DNA from: Octopus bimaculoides
Lineage: Eukaryota
Reading direction: 5' to 3'
Length of the DNA: 64,000 bases
Assembly (NCBI RefSeq): GCF_001194135.2
Contig: NC_068984.1
Span: 106,083,059 to 106,147,058 of the forward strand
Part shown: positions 24,760-38,502 of the stretch, one piece after another
Layout of the letters: every line of letters begins with the position of its first letter
Numbering within the stretch: the first letter of the stretch is position 1
The notes under the pieces: model-generated
The model's input: only the letters and a program-made list of their open reading frames with translations
Databases searched by the model: none
Told to the model about the DNA's origin: nothing
Position numbers and translations under genes: made by a program

Positions 24760-26638
24760 TATTTCCAAATAAGGTAAACATCTCAGACCACTGAACAGCA
24801 AACAGCCTAGACATGTTCATGTAGAAACTTGAAAAAATGACAATGAAATGAGCATTTTTGCTTAAAATGATCACTCAACATGCCATGACAAGTCAAGAAA
24901 CCTCCGCATACTTCTGCAGTGGACTGTAAGCAAAAATGCAATCTCTTTCTCTCTCTCTTTTTCTCTCACACACATATTTACAGGGGACTTTCAGGGTATC
25001 ATGAAAGGCCGGGTTGGAGGCCCAAACTTTCAAGTTCTTTTACAGGTCTTAGAAAAACTGAAGGATCGTTGCAATAAGTGTGTGAATCTCAGAGGGGAAT
25101 AAGTTGAATAGAAACACAACTGATCCACCTGCATTTCCATTTAACCGAAATCAGAAACTTTTCAGCACCCCTTCATATATATGACATGCTTCTTCCAGTT
25201 TCCATCTACCAAATTCATTCACAAGACTGATCACCTTGGAGCTACAGTAGAAAGGATTTTCCCATGGTGCCACACGGGACTGAATCTGAAATCATGTGGT
25301 TAGGAAGCAAATTTCTAAACCACATAGCCATGCCAGCAATTTGATCTCTAACATGATCTCGAAATTGACTGAACAAATATAGACAGTGAAGTGAAAGAAA
25401 TAGAAAAATTAATTTCTGTGAATGTGTGCGTGTGTGTATATGCATTGGCATCAGTGTGTGTGTGTGTGTGCATGTGTGGGCATTTGTTTGTGTGTGTAAG
25501 TGTGTGCATGTGTGGGCATTTGTGTGTGTATGTGTGTGTGATGAGTGGGGGAGTGGTGGTGTTTACACATGGGCATGAGTGAGTGAGTGAGTGAGTGAGC
25601 ATGTGTAAAGAGAGTATATAAATCATTTCCTCCTGTCACAACAATGTTTCCTGTTTGTAATCCTGCACATAGGAAGAAACACTAACATTAACAAGATGCT
25701 TTATGAGACTGTTAGCCAGTAAGCATTCAACGTGTTGTTAATGGAGACCTTAGACCTCCTCCTCCTCCTCCTCCTCCTCATCATCATCATCATTTTTCTC
25801 TTTCACTGTTTTGTATTTTTGTTGTCCATTCCATCTAAATTGAAACAATTTTAACAATATGGGTAACTTGCATACAGTTGGAGAAAGTGTTTTCATAGGC
25901 AGCTGCTTTTCCTACTATTATCCAGTCGACCAAGAAACAGAAGAAGGATATGTTTGTAAGATAACATATACAGATCATGAATTGTTAAATGTATCTTTCT
26001 TTAGGATACAACACAACAGCTGCTGACAAGGTTTGGCCTTTGAACGAAAGGTATAAGCTGTCTAACAGACTTCCATACAGTTTCTGTTTATTTGATTTCA
26101 TATATAAGAGTTGGGCCACACTGAGTCTAAAAGTTGAAATGAATTCAGAATTTTGAGGCCAACAAGTAAGCTTCTGAACCACTTGGCCATGCTTTCAATG
26201 AAGAAGCCTCTTTGTGGTAATTTGACTTGTCAGAAATAGCAGCCAAATTTCATTCTAATAACACAGTAATGTCTTTAAAGAGAAGGAAAGACATATCGGT
26301 TAATACAATTTTAAATATACTGTCTGATAAAAGATAGTATGACATGAATAGAATGTCTTTGATTAGAGGTCTGCTTGATCAAGACTGATCAGCAGCTAAA
26401 AAGCAGTTACAAATCTGTAAAATTAAAATTTGAATGTATACCGATCTAATTAAGATTGCAACTTATTTAAACTCATTAGTAGTCTATCTCTGGAAAATAG
26501 AGCATAAGCGATTATGATGTAACATTCAAAATGAATGGCAGAAAAAGAAATGGCAACTTAACCAATCAGTTATTAAGGTCAATAAGAAAATAAAAAAAAG
26601 AAAAGAACATAAAAAACAAAGGAAGTCAACAAACTTAC

Positions 26639-26899
26639 TTTGGGTCCACAGACTTCAACGAAATGCTCTTCAAAAAGCCTAGATATCAAAATGCCAAGAG
26701 CTAAACCATTGTGGAATATAAGGACTGGAGATTCTGGTTGGTTGCTTTTTCCAGGTAGTGATAACGTCATCATAGACAGGACTTCAAACAATCTGCCACA
26801 TGTCTCTGGAGAGAGTTGGCTGCTCACTAATCTTGGAAGTGCCAGACAGGCAGAAGCCTGGCACAGTATACTTGCCGGAGCACGATCTGTTTGACTGCG
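26639..26899 (-). CDS. FOCAD: Focadhesin exon D (261 nt, phase 0 to 0): RSQTDRAPASILCQASACLAL...LPGKSNQPESPVLIFHNGLALGILISRLFEEHFVEVCGPK
   Basis: TTTTCAG acceptor; AAA|GTAAGT donor. Lies inside ORF 26579..26914. Strong resemblance to FOCAD LPGKPSADESQAVQIHMGLALGMFLSRLCEE (recalled). Confidence 0.92.
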
Positions 26900-28649
26900 C
26901 TGAAAACCAATCAAACAAAGGAACTATGTTTAAATTACAGTAATGACGTTTTTTCTTTTGGTAAAAAGCTTATTTTGATGCAAAAATATGTTCGAAGATT
27001 TTCCAAAAATGAATTAACAATAATCTAAGGTGGAAATTTTCCCATACCTAAAAGTAATTATCTCAATGATCATAACAACAATGACCAAATCACTTTCTAT
27101 ACATCATGAAGCATTAAAAACAACAATAACAACAGCAAACCATTCCTATCAACCTTAGTACTTTTATCAACACCTAAAGAGGTGAAAATCAAAGCTGGAT
27201 TTAGTCTCAAATTCAAAAGAATTGGGCAAAATACCACAAAGCATTTTGCTGATGGTCTAACAATTTTACTATCTTATTGCCTTTCATTGTTTCTGATTCA
27301 GAGACGGGGCAAGAAATTTTGAAATTACCCTCTAATGATGCCACCATTTCACAGGCACTTTATTTTATCAACTGCACAAGGATGAGAAGCAAAGGTTGAT
27401 TGATGAGGTTTGAACAAGTAATGCAAAATATTTTTGCAATGCTCTAACAATTCTGCCAGCTTATAAACTTTCATTAGTTCTTATTTCAAGAGAAGGCCAG
27501 CAATTTTTAGGGGAAGATTGTAATAGATATTATAGACACCAGTACTTCATTTTATCAACTTTGAAAAGATGAAAACCAAAGTTGACCTCACCAGGATTTG
27601 AACTTAGAATATAAATAACCAAAAAAAAAAAAAAAAAAAAAAAATACAACATATTCTTTCTGATACTCTAACAATGCTGAAGTAATTTTTTTATATTTAT
27701 TTGTGTACATTTTTCATGCTAGCATAACTTCAACATGGATCTTTCTAAACCCATACTTCAATGAATTATGAGAGTTTCTTTTCTTTCCCACAATACTCAG
27801 TTGTGAAATGGGACACCCATACTCATCATTTGGTTAGCTGACTTGCATAGACCAATGTAACTCTTCCACTCAGATGTCCCAATTGAGTCAAACTGCATGA
27901 ATATCTGGCTTGGGTTTTAGTCACAGTGGTCTTTCACTAGCTGAAATATAATCAGATCCTGGTCATTGACACTTTGATGTCTGTGTATCCACTCAGCATT
28001 TATTAATACCCACCATTAATTCAATTATATTCATTTGCTGAAATTGTTTACATCCACCATGTTGCATTCAATGATTTCAACATACTCTGGGACCCTGAAA
28101 GGTGCTACTACTCTGGGTCAGAGTAGAGCTGAGAACAATAGTTACTAAGCGGTTGTTCCACACTCCTCAAAGCCTTGCAACATCCAAACCACTAGTGAAT
28201 GCAGTTTAAAGTCATACCCAGGTGACTCATACGTCTCTGTGATATATTAGGGCAAGTAAAGTCATTTGTTGTTGCACTTCATCAAGTGACAGCAGTGCTT
28301 CAGTTAAAACAAGCAGTACAAATGCACTACCTTTCTAATCCTCTACATGATCTTCTTTAGTTCAGTGAATCTCCTTGTACATCTGCCATGATAAGGTAGA
28401 TGTATGATGAAAAGCATTTCAACCATGGCTATCCTATTTTCAAAAATATTTGTTTCATTTTCAGGCAGTATATTGAGGATTACTTTATCCAATGTGTCCT
28501 ATTTTGGAAATGGTAAAGTGCAACTTGAGTGAGATTTAACTTCTATTTCTAGCAGGTGGAGCAGCTATGTAGAGTTTGTTTAGCTTATAAAGTAATGTGT
28601 GCTATTTATAAAGTTGGTTGAATTCTGAGATCATCCAAAAGTAAAAAGG

Positions 28650-29200
28650 AAATCTTGATCCTATGAAGAACATTTATTCTCAATTGCCTGGATTAATGCT
28701 CCCAGTTATGGTCACCACATAATTTTCAAACTAACAGCAGAGCTTGATGCAATCCAACACCACAACATTAAGAAGATTGCTTTGGTACATTAGATAAGCT
28801 ACAAGGAGAGGCTATAAGTACTGAAGTTCTTCTTCCTAGATAGATGTGAAAGATGGTCAGTGATAGGGAAGATTCTAGAAGGTCTAGCATGTAACTTTGA
28901 GACTGAAAGCTACACTAACCTCCAAAATGAACATTACTGCATAATACCAAAGACTAATTCTCTTCACCTACAGTAAGCACCTAATACTGTAAAAGCTTAA
29001 GGTTCATGGGTCTACAACTTTTCAAATGCTTCTTGCCCCCAAAACTTCAGAAATCTACAAGGTGTAGATGTGGATGCATTCACAGAGCAGATACCAGATG
29101 AACACACTTCCTTGCAAAAAACATAAAGGGCAGTTTTGCTCAGCTCAGTACTTCACCAGAACCAAATCCAGAGATAGAGTCAAGGAAGTGAGTTGAAATA
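28650..29200 (+). mobile_element. Old CR1/L2-like LINE 3' remnant
   Basis: Fragmentary ISYKERL and QIPDE motifs across frameshifts. Confidence 0.5.
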
Positions 29201-30480
29201 ACTAGCAATCATACTAATGGTAGTGCCCTGAAACTAGTAAAAGCAGAGCAAAATTAATTCTAGTTTTCCAAAACCTAAAATATTTAATTATTAGTGAATG
29301 TATTAAAACAAAGACACCTTCCCATAATCTGCAGAATTTCCTTAGAAAGAATTCTCTGACGTAGTTTATTTTCCCTTTATTTTTTTCAAGTGAATGTAAA
29401 TGCTTTCAAGAGATCTGGTAACAATTCCCAATCAATTAAAGGAATTGTCATATGCAAATATTTCTCAGCTGTAACAGATATGAAGCCCTCATATTAATTA
29501 GCAAGCAAAATACTTTATTTCATTTCACTTAATGTCATTTTTATTAAAACTTTCAAGTATGACCTTCATGTGACAACTCAAGGGCAATTAATTGAGATAA
29601 CAATCAGAATTAATGAAACACACCACATAAGAGGTTAGCAATGTGTCATGTGTATTCTACTTTTTTTACAGCAGTTCTGAAAAATGCAACAAATCTATGA
29701 ATAACTAATGTACTGTTGTCACTTGATAAAGTTTCAGTTGATGGAGACATTATGAATGAACTATGTAACCATCACAACCAAAAAGGAAGCTTTGTTAAAC
29801 TGAAAAGTGAAACTGCATTGAAAACTTAAGCTTTCTCGTAGGTAACCATTATTTTGCAATGGAAGTACAATTTTGATACCAACCCACCTGAGATTACCCC
29901 TGGTTCTATGATACAAATGTCCTGATTTAAACTTTTAGCATGCAGATTACTCAGTCAACTGTAATGCTTACTCAGTAACATTGTTTTCAATTATGCATTA
30001 TCTCATAGCTTTGAAATTTTGATTATGTGATGATTTCTTCTTAAATTGACATTATAGGATAGGAGTGAGAAGCTAGGTCTGGTTGGTTTGAACATAAGAC
30101 AGATAGAATATTGTAGCCAGTAGGTTTAAGTGTTAAAGTGACCTAAATTAAAATCTTGTATTAAAATTATAAATTTTCATTCCAAACACCTGCTTAGTAA
30201 CAACAAGGTTATTTTGATAAATACATCAGGTGAAATAAAATCAGGTTATTTCAACAGAAATATGGTAAAAAAAGGGTTCTAGGACAGGCTGGTTTGAACA
30301 TAAAACAGATAGAATATTTTGGCCAGATATTAGTAGGTTTAAATGTTAAAGTGTTATAGTGACCTAAATTAAAATTTCTTGTAAATTTATGTTCTAAGCA
30401 TCAGCTTCATAACAATGAAGTTATTTTGTTAAATTCGTCAGATGAAACAAAAGCAGGTTATTTCAACAGAAGTATGGTAA

Positions 30481-30712
30481 GGCGGCGAGCTGGCAGAAAC
30501 ATTAGCACACCAGGCGAAATGCTTAGCAGCATTTCGTCTGCCGCTACGTTCTGAGTTCAAATTCCGCCAAGGTCGACTTTGCCTTTCATCCTTTCGGGGT
30601 CGATAAATTAAGTACCAGTTACGTACTGGGATCGATGTAATCAACTTAATCCGTTTGTCTGTCTTTGTTTGTCCCCTCTATGTTTAGCCCCCTTGTGAGC
30701 AATAAAAAAATA
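30481..30712 (+). mobile_element. Young tRNA-headed SINE (GCCTTTCATCCTTTCGGGGTCGATAAA centre, possibly Meta-type)
   Basis: 13-bp TSD AGAA(G/A)TATGGTAA (30468-80 and 30713-25). B box GAGTTCAAATTCC. Inverted relative at 36228-36453. Confidence 0.88.
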
Positions 30713-30785
30713 AGAAATATGGTAACAACAGGGTTAAAGGTTATTGTCAAACAGAAATGAGTATAAATGAAATTGAGAGTTATAC

Positions 30786-31014
30786 CTGCTGGCAAAGTCC
30801 TAGTAGATTATTTCCACTGGTTTTATATTTGACATTCCATAAAGAGAGTACGGTGTCAGTGATTAGCATTAACCATTGCTTGTGTTTCATATGAGCAGAA
30901 CCTGACTCCTCTTCACCAAGTGATGATGAATCTTGCCCAGATCTGAACTTGTTTACTGCACAAACCACACCAGAGAGTGCCATCACACAATTTGCTTGCA
31001 TGGTAGGATTGCCT
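30786..31014 (-). CDS. FOCAD: Focadhesin exon C (229 nt, phase 2 to 0): (R)GNPTMQANCVMALSGVVCAVNKF...KQWLMLITDTVLSLWNVKYKTSGNNLLGLCQQ
   Basis: T-tract + CCTTAG acceptor; CAG|GTATAA donor. Lies inside ORF 30780..31073. Resembles FOCAD ESPVVKGNALLALSSL...KEWVSMVLDTLL. Confidence 0.9.
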
Positions 31015-31468
31015 CTAAGGAAAAAAAAAAATGTTAACTTTTTTTGAGAAAAATAAAACAACAAAGTGCCCATTACTCTCTCTTTACTCTTTTACATGTT
31101 TCAGTCATTTGACTGTGGCCATGCTGGAGCACCACCTTTAGTCGAGCAAATGGACCCTAGGACTTATTCTTTGGATGCCTAGTACTTATTTTATTGGTTT
31201 CTTTTGCCGAACCGCTAAGTTACGGGGACGTAAACACACCAGCATCGGTTGTCAAGCGATGGTGGGGGGACAAACACAGACACACAAACACACATACATA
31301 TATATGACAGGCTTCTTTCAGTTTCCATCTACCAAATCCACTCACAAGGCTATAGTAGAAGACACTTGCCCAAGGTGCCATGCAGTGGGACTGAACCCAG
31401 AACCATGTGGTTGGTAAGCAAGCTACTTACCACACAGCCACTGTTTTCAGACATTATCATTATACATC

Positions 31469-32501
31469 TGAGGGTGAAAAGTTCATAGGCTGATTATGAA
31501 GAAGTGATGCTAGAGCTGTGAACTCCTGCATGCATTAATTTCAACTCTTATTATTATTAACTACATTGTTTCTTTCTAGGTAAACTGACATCTGATTGTT
31601 CAAAGAAGACTTTGAAAGTAACTAGTAGTGACTTCTCTTGAAAATCAATAAAATTTGGAATTGTGGTATTATCAAGTACCTACAGAAAATAGGGGTTTAC
31701 CTCCCAATGACATTCATGCTGACATATTTGCTACACAAGGGGATGATATTCCAGCTTTATCAGCAGTGCTAACATGGGTAGCTGAATTTAAAAGAGGAAG
31801 GGAGTCTTGAAGATGGTCCATGGTCTGGACATCCAGCATCTGTCACCGCCGAAGAAAACATTGATCATGTTCACTACATGGTGATGGATGACAGGTGATT
31901 GACTATAAATGAAATAGCCAATGTTATTAGAATATCCTGCAAAAGAGGTGAGAATATTCTGCACAATGATGAAGGTTTCTGCTCACTGGGTGCCACATCA
32001 TCTGAAATCTGATCAAAAGCACACCAGGCTGATCACATCAAACGAAAATCTGACATTGTTTGAGGGAAATCCAGCTTTGGTCTTTTCTTGAGCTTTCACT
32101 AACCCAATTTGAAGCAGAGACAAAGAAATAACCCATGCAGTAGAAACACCCCTCCTCACCTGTTCCAAGCACACAAGTCCTTACTTTCAATGGCTGCAGT
32201 GTGTGGCTGTGGCTTTGAACTGGTTGATCAGCCTCCCTATCTGACTACCATCTGTTCCCCAACATGAATAAATGTTTGGTTGGGAATCAGTATTACAATG
32301 GTGATGACATATATGCTGCTGATGACATTTTGACCAACAGGATGAAAGTTTCTTCACCAATGGGATCCAAGCACTGCAATACTGATGGCAGAAATGTGTG
32401 AACTGTACGGAGGGGGGGGGATATATTGAAAAATAAACCTAATTTGATCCCATTCCACGAGAGCACCTTGGTCAGCCTATGAACTTTTCAGCTGACCCTT
32501 G
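31469..32501 (+). mobile_element. Mariner-family transposon, decayed and internally deleted
   Basis: TIR core GAAAAGTTCATAGGCTGA / TCAGCCTATGAACTTTTC; TA on the right. Motifs HWVPHHL and QPPY|SDYHLFP. Confidence 0.85.
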
Positions 32502-32765
32502 TAATGCCTGAATGTTTTCATTTTTACATTAGCGGGCACACAACCGTTAGAAAATTCTGTCATCTCCTGCCTCGTTTATTCACAACTGTTAGTTCATATG
32601 CCTTTCCTTGTCTCATATACAAGTTCTAAATTTCTCGTCTTAATACAAGTAAACAAATTCAAGTAAACACTAACTGCTTTATATTTAGATGGAAAATAGG
32701 AATATACAAAATTCTCAGCGGTAGGGATGTAGTTCCAGTGAAGAAGAATATTGGCAAAAAGTTAC

Positions 32766-32941
32766 TATTATAGAAGTGATATAATATATTTGTGCATAAG
32801 TAGTGCACATTTGTTGCACTTCAACAATCACTATTATAGAATAAAATATATTTGTGTATAAGTGGTGCTCGTTTGTTGCATTGCAGCAAAGTCACTATTA
32901 AAAAAGTAATAAAATATATTTGTGCATAAGTGGTGCACATT
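32766..32941. repeat. Minisatellite, about 65-bp unit, 2.7 copies
   Basis: Units start at 32766, 32832 and 32896; core AATATATTTGTG(C/T)ATAAGT(A/G)GTGC. Confidence 0.85.
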
Positions 32942-33663
32942 AGTTTTACTTGAATACTAATAATTTCTAAGACAGATATAAACTTAGACATTATGAGAAA
33001 GAATAATAATAGTTGATAATACTGACCTCAGTAGTTAACTGGTGCTTAATGTATTGACCCCAAAAGAAAAGATATGAACTAAGATTGTAATGAGCAGCTA
33101 AAATGCATTGTGGCTACCATTTTATCCATTTTGCCAATCTAACAATATTGGACTAACAAATGATGAAATAAATTACTGGGACAATTGATTGATTAGATTG
33201 ACTGCTTGCATGTGCACACACACACACACACACACATACATACACACACACAAAATGTGTGCAACAATGAAAAGTAGTGGTTTAACAGTTGAATTTGATA
33301 AGCAAATTCAATCAGACTGGCATCAGAATTTTTGATAACTTAGGAGTAGTACTACTATGGCAAAGTTATAACATATAAGAGACATCATAAAATTTACAAT
33401 GCAAAACTGGAGGAATGGAATTAGAAATGAAAGTAAGTAGGCTGAGGTTGTCTGATCTAAGAAAATCAAACAGAAGTTGAAGAGTATAAAGAGTGGTATT
33501 TGGAAGGAATTACAATACTTGACAAAATGTATGATACTTAGTAGAAATAAATGGCACTTGGAAGAAAATGAGGTATTTGGAAGAAAATAAATGAAAGGGC
33601 GCTGAAAAGTTCCTGGCTTTGGATAAAAGAAAATACAGGAGGACCAGTTAATTATGATTTTAA

Positions 33664-33883
33664 CCCTTTAGTGTTTAAACCGGCTGTATCCGGCCCAAAT
33701 ATTCTACCCATTTTATGCTCAAACTGGCCAGAACCAGCATCTCACACCTACCCTGCAATGTCATTCTAAAAATAAGCAATTACATCTTTCCTATCTTGAA
33801 GCTACAAAATAATATCAGATATATTTTTTTTAATGTGAATAAATAAGGATTACTTTTGACAAATTAATCTGAACGCTAAAGGG
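33664..33883. mobile_element. piggyBac-type MITE nested in the mariner MITE 33592-33978
   Basis: TTAA TSD (33660-63 and 33884-87); TIR CCCTTTAGTGTTTA / TGAACGCTAAAGGG. Confidence 0.88.
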
Positions 33884-34379
33884 TTAATCAACATATTTCC
33901 CTCTCAGATTCACACACTTGGGCCCCCAGCAAGACCTTTTGCAATACCCTTAAAGTCAGAAACTTTTCAGCACTCCCATATAGTATTTGTGAAAAGAGTT
34001 GTACTTCTGAAAAAACACAGTACCTTAGAGAATGTGTGGAATCTGGGAGAATGAATTTAACTACTGAGATAAAAGTAAATAACAGAGTGATGAAATTGTA
34101 TTAATTCATTTAAATACTTGCATTCCTACATGCATTATCTTCTTAAATTCATTCCTCCCACTTCTTTCTTTCCAACCAAACTACCAGATGTCCTTGTCCA
34201 TCATTGGCCATAATGAGCATCCGTTCTTCCTTGGTTGCATCCTTCTCTTCCATTTGGACCTAAATTGTTTGATTATGTTGTCTTTACATCACCTCAGGCA
34301 TCTTTCAAGTAATGTCTTCTAATCTTTTCAATATCACTGAACAACTGCAAAAATCTACCTGTTGTCTGCTGCTACAAAG

Positions 34380-34762
34380 AAGGAAAAACAGTGACTGGTC
34401 ATGACACAAATAGCTACGGAAAAATCCATGCTAGGAATATCATTGTGGAGTATAGCCAAAATATGATAATTTGAGATTGGACTGGAGTGAATAATGTAAT
34501 TATAGAATACCAAAAGTACAGGCCACAGACAACAAGTAGAGTTTTGCAGTTGTTGAGTGATATTCAAAAGATTAGAAGAGACTATTTGAAAGATGCCTGA
34601 GGTGATGGGAAGACGACATAATCAAACAATTTAGGTCCAAATGGAAGAGAAGGATGCAACCAAGGAAGAACGGATGCTCATTATGGCCAATGTTGTACAA
34701 GGACATCTGGTAGTTTGGTTGGAAAGAAAGAAGTGGAAGGAATGAATTTAAGAAGATAATGC
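34380..34762 (+). mobile_element. 3' fragment of a second RTE-type family; its last 237 nt are duplicated in inverted orientation at 34132-34368
   Basis: EKSMLGISL...; WEDDIIK...W (RWxDDI motif). Confidence 0.65.
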
Positions 34763-34782
34763 CAGTAAATAGAAGCTGAAGT

Positions 34783-35135
34783 CATCATCATCATCATTTA
34801 ACGTCTGCTTTCCATGCTAGCATGGGTTGGATGATTTGACTGAGGACTGGTGAAACCAGATGGCTCCACCAGGCCCCAATCTGATTTGGCAAAGTTTCTA
34901 CAGCTGGATGCCCTTCCTAACGCCAACCACTCCGAGAGTGTAGTGGGTGCTTTTACGTGCCACCGGCATGAAGGCCAGTCAGGCGGTACTGGCAACGGCC
35001 ACGCTCAAAATGGTGTATTTTATGTGCTACCTGCATTGGAGCCAGTTTGGCGGCACTGGCAACGATCTCGCTCGAATGTCTTTACACATGCCATCTGGCA
35101 CAAGTGCCAGGAAGGCGATACTGGGCAAGTAACTT
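34783..35135 (-). mobile_element. RTE 3' UTR fragment
   Basis: (CAT)n followed by TTTAACGTCTGCTTTCCATGCTAGCATGGGTTGG, as in the other copies. Confidence 0.85.
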
Positions 35136-35594
35136 TGGCAAAAACATCCCCACCAAAAAACAAAAGAAACATGAAGAGAACTAATATCGGTTAAAAAGTA
35201 ATTTATTTAAACTGCAGTGTTCAGCCATTTCAGCTGAAGTATGAAGCAACATAATTAGGTAAGTAACTCATAAATGTCTGGACTTTTACAATCCACTAGG
35301 CTAGTATTTATCTATAGTTTCAATGGTGTTATATGTTTGAGACACAAATGTATCTGTGGACAGGTGACCAGAATTAAACTTAGCCAATGGATCACTAATC
35401 TGGCTGTAAGTAGCAGCAGGCTGTTCATACTCTGTAGTATATTTTTTACTAGGCTGTTAGAAAGTTAAGTGTCTTATTTACTGCAGCAGATTTTCAATAC
35501 CCAGACTCTAAATTAGTAAATGTGGGAGGAGCTTCAGGAAGAGAAGGATCAGTAAATTGTTTATCTGACTAATCATTCTTCAAAACAAGGTCAA

Positions 35595-35644
<50 letters not shown>

Positions 35645-36899
35645 AATCATGTTAAAGAACTCTTGAACATGATCAAAGAAATAGGTATTTAATAAAACAA
35701 TCAATGCTAAAGTTTCAGCATCATGAAACAAATACAAAAACAGCTAAAAACATTTATTTAATAGTTTCTCTTTAATTCCTAGAAGCCTGGAGAGAAAATT
35801 GTAGAGACAGTTTTAGAAGTAATACAAAATATTAGTGTTTATTAATCTGGTTCTTCTTTTTGTTTTGCCTCATTAGATACAAATGCATGACAATATTTGT
35901 CTGGAATTTAATTCTTACAGAAACAAGTGTGTTAATATGTTTTCAGTTGTGGTAATTAGCCTTATTAACAAATGAGAATTTCAATGCTTGTTTATAGTTT
36001 TGAAATTTATTTTCTCTTCATTAAATTTTGAAATATTCTCACAAGCTGTCTCCTATGTGCTTAACTAATTCATAGATACAACAAATGACTAATTAATTAA
36101 ATACTCATAATTAAAACATCATGTTTATTTTTAGCTTTGTTTTTGTTTTCCATGTCATGTATTTATGAACAATAGCGTCGTTGGTTGTAAACTTCTAACA
36201 GACCAATCACTGTATAATTACTTTTCTTATTTCTTTATTGCTCACAAGGGGCTAAACATAGAGGGGACAAACAAGGACAGACAAAGGAATTAAGCTGATT
36301 ACATTGACCCCAGTGCGTAACTGGTACTTTATTTATCAACCCCAAAAGTATGAAAGTTGACCTTGGCGGAATTTGAAATCAGAACATAACGGCAGATGAA
36401 ATACTGCTAAGCAATTCACCCGGCGTGCTAACGTTTCTGCCAGCTCACCGCCTGTGTAATTACTTTTCTGATGATAAATGTGATAAGTAGTGCTTGTGTA
36501 TTCAACTTTTGGTAACACATTTTTATTGACTGAGATGTCTCAGGTAGTTTGTTCCAGTTTCTGTTAGACAAGTGCAAAAAGCTACTCACTAGAGTGTAAG
36601 TCTTGGATTCAGGTATTGGAAAGCAACATATAAGTATTGGTAGGTGGTGAACTGACAAAATCATTAAAACGTAGGGCAAAATGCTTAGCAGTATTTCATC
36701 CATCTTTACATTCTGAGTTCAACCAAGGCTGATTTGCCTTTCACTCTACCAGGGTTGACAAAATAATAAGTACCAGTTGAGCACTGGGGCCAATGTAATT
36801 GACATACCCCCTCTCCTGAAATTGCTGGCCCTGGGCCAAAATTTGAAATCAATATATAGATACTAGTCTTTATAAAAGGTGTTTTCTATACTATGGTGA

Positions 36900-37470
36900 T
36901 AGTATTACAAACAGGCTGTGGCTTAAGAGAAGTTTGTAGAGAACTGTTAGAGAACTGTTCAATATGTTGTAAACCAATGATGGCATTTTTCACAGCATTA
37001 TTTCCATTAATCCCCATAAGAGCAAGCATGCAGATTACAGTGAGTTGGTTGATCATGCTTTGTGAGGTAATTTGTTCAGGAGACAGGAGTACTTCAGAAC
37101 ACTTTGGATGTGGGTTTTGTAAATGATGGCTCTTCCTTCTCAGTACAATTTTTCATGGTGCTACGAGTCCCTGTAAAGTTGCCAATACCAGTCTGCTAAC
37201 AATGGTGATACTTAGGAGCTCAAGTTGCTTATTGATAGGTAGCAGGCAATTCCCAAAATATAACGCAAGGTTTGATGAGTTTCTTTTCTTTAACAGAACT
37301 ATTGATTTATATTTTAATGGCTCATATCAAACTTTCCTAACATCTGTCTAGGCTTTCATCCTGGTAATATCCCTAAGTTAGCTGCTGAAACATTGCTTTC
37401 TTCTACTGAATTCATTGTCGCAAACAATGCAGCATCTTCAGCATAGAGGTACAGCTTATGTCCTTTGTTC
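36900..37470 (-). mobile_element. Old RT remnant (RTE-like)
   Basis: LYAEDAALF (YADD-like) and YFGNCL motifs; heavily decayed. Confidence 0.45.
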
Positions 37471-37785
37471 AGCAGGAAAGTGTAGCAAAAATACAATGAA
37501 AAATTACAAGCAAATACAAAACTAAAATATTTATATTCTTCCCTCTGCTCCTTTATTCATTTCATCTTCATAATATTCATGCCCACTTTTCTATGCTAGC
37601 ATGGGTTGGATGGAATTTGTTGAGGCAGATTTTCTCTGGCTGGATGCTCTTTCTGTTGCTAACCTTCATCTATTTCCAAGTAAGGTAATATTGCTCCCTG
37701 GTTTGACATGTTTTCCCAAAAGATTGGAAATGAATGATACTGATTGAATGACAGTGACACTCGTTTACAATCATCATATAATTTC

Positions 37786-37823
<38 letters not shown>

Positions 37824-38285
37824 CACCCACACACATGTACACACGTATATAAACACACACACACATATGAAGGCGATTCTTTCAATCTCCTTGTACCAAA
37901 TCCAGCAACAATGTTTCAGTCAGTCTGAAGTTATAGCAGAAGGCACTTGCTCAAGGTGCCATGCAGGCAGACTGAACTTGAAACCATATAGTTGTGAAGT
38001 AAACTGGTCAACCACATAACTATACTTGTGCCTCTTTAAAATTACTAAAAAGAAAAAAAAAGAAAAAGATAATTGAATTTTTAAAATGTTTTTATTTGAT
38101 CATGGGAGTATATTTATCCCTGTGGATAAAAACAGAAGAAATAATGATATGCTAAAAGAGAAAAGAGGAAATTACCTGAAGTAGAATATAAAACCAATTA
38201 AATAATATTCCAATCAGGTATAAATAACAAACTCCAGATTCTCCTCCATCCATTTTACACTATTCATACACATACACAGGTTTAA

Positions 38286-38502
38286 CCCTATAACGTTTAA
38301 TCTGGCCATACCTGGTGAAAATATTCTGATGTTTTATGTTAAAATTGACCTAATCCAATCTCTCGTACCTTCTCTACAATGTCATTCTAAGTATATATAA
38401 ATACATCATTGAAATCTTGAAGCTACAAAATAATGCGTGATTAACTTAAAACAATCCGAATAAATAGGCAATACATTTGACAAACATTTGAATACTAAAG
38501 GG
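38286..38502. mobile_element. piggyBac-type MITE, same family as 33664-33883
   Basis: TTAA|CCCT...TAAAGGG|TTAA; shared internal CAATGTCATTCTAA and ATCTTGAAGCTACAAAATAAT. Confidence 0.85.

Noticed and set aside
32766-32941. Regularly spaced repeats as a CRISPR-like array
   Set aside because: Eukaryotic context, whole units are homologous with no unique spacers, and no cas genes; a minisatellite.
35290-35460. About 50-codon open minus-strand stretch (QPSKKYTTEYEQP...)
   Set aside because: No recognisable homology, and exons B and C already join without a gap.
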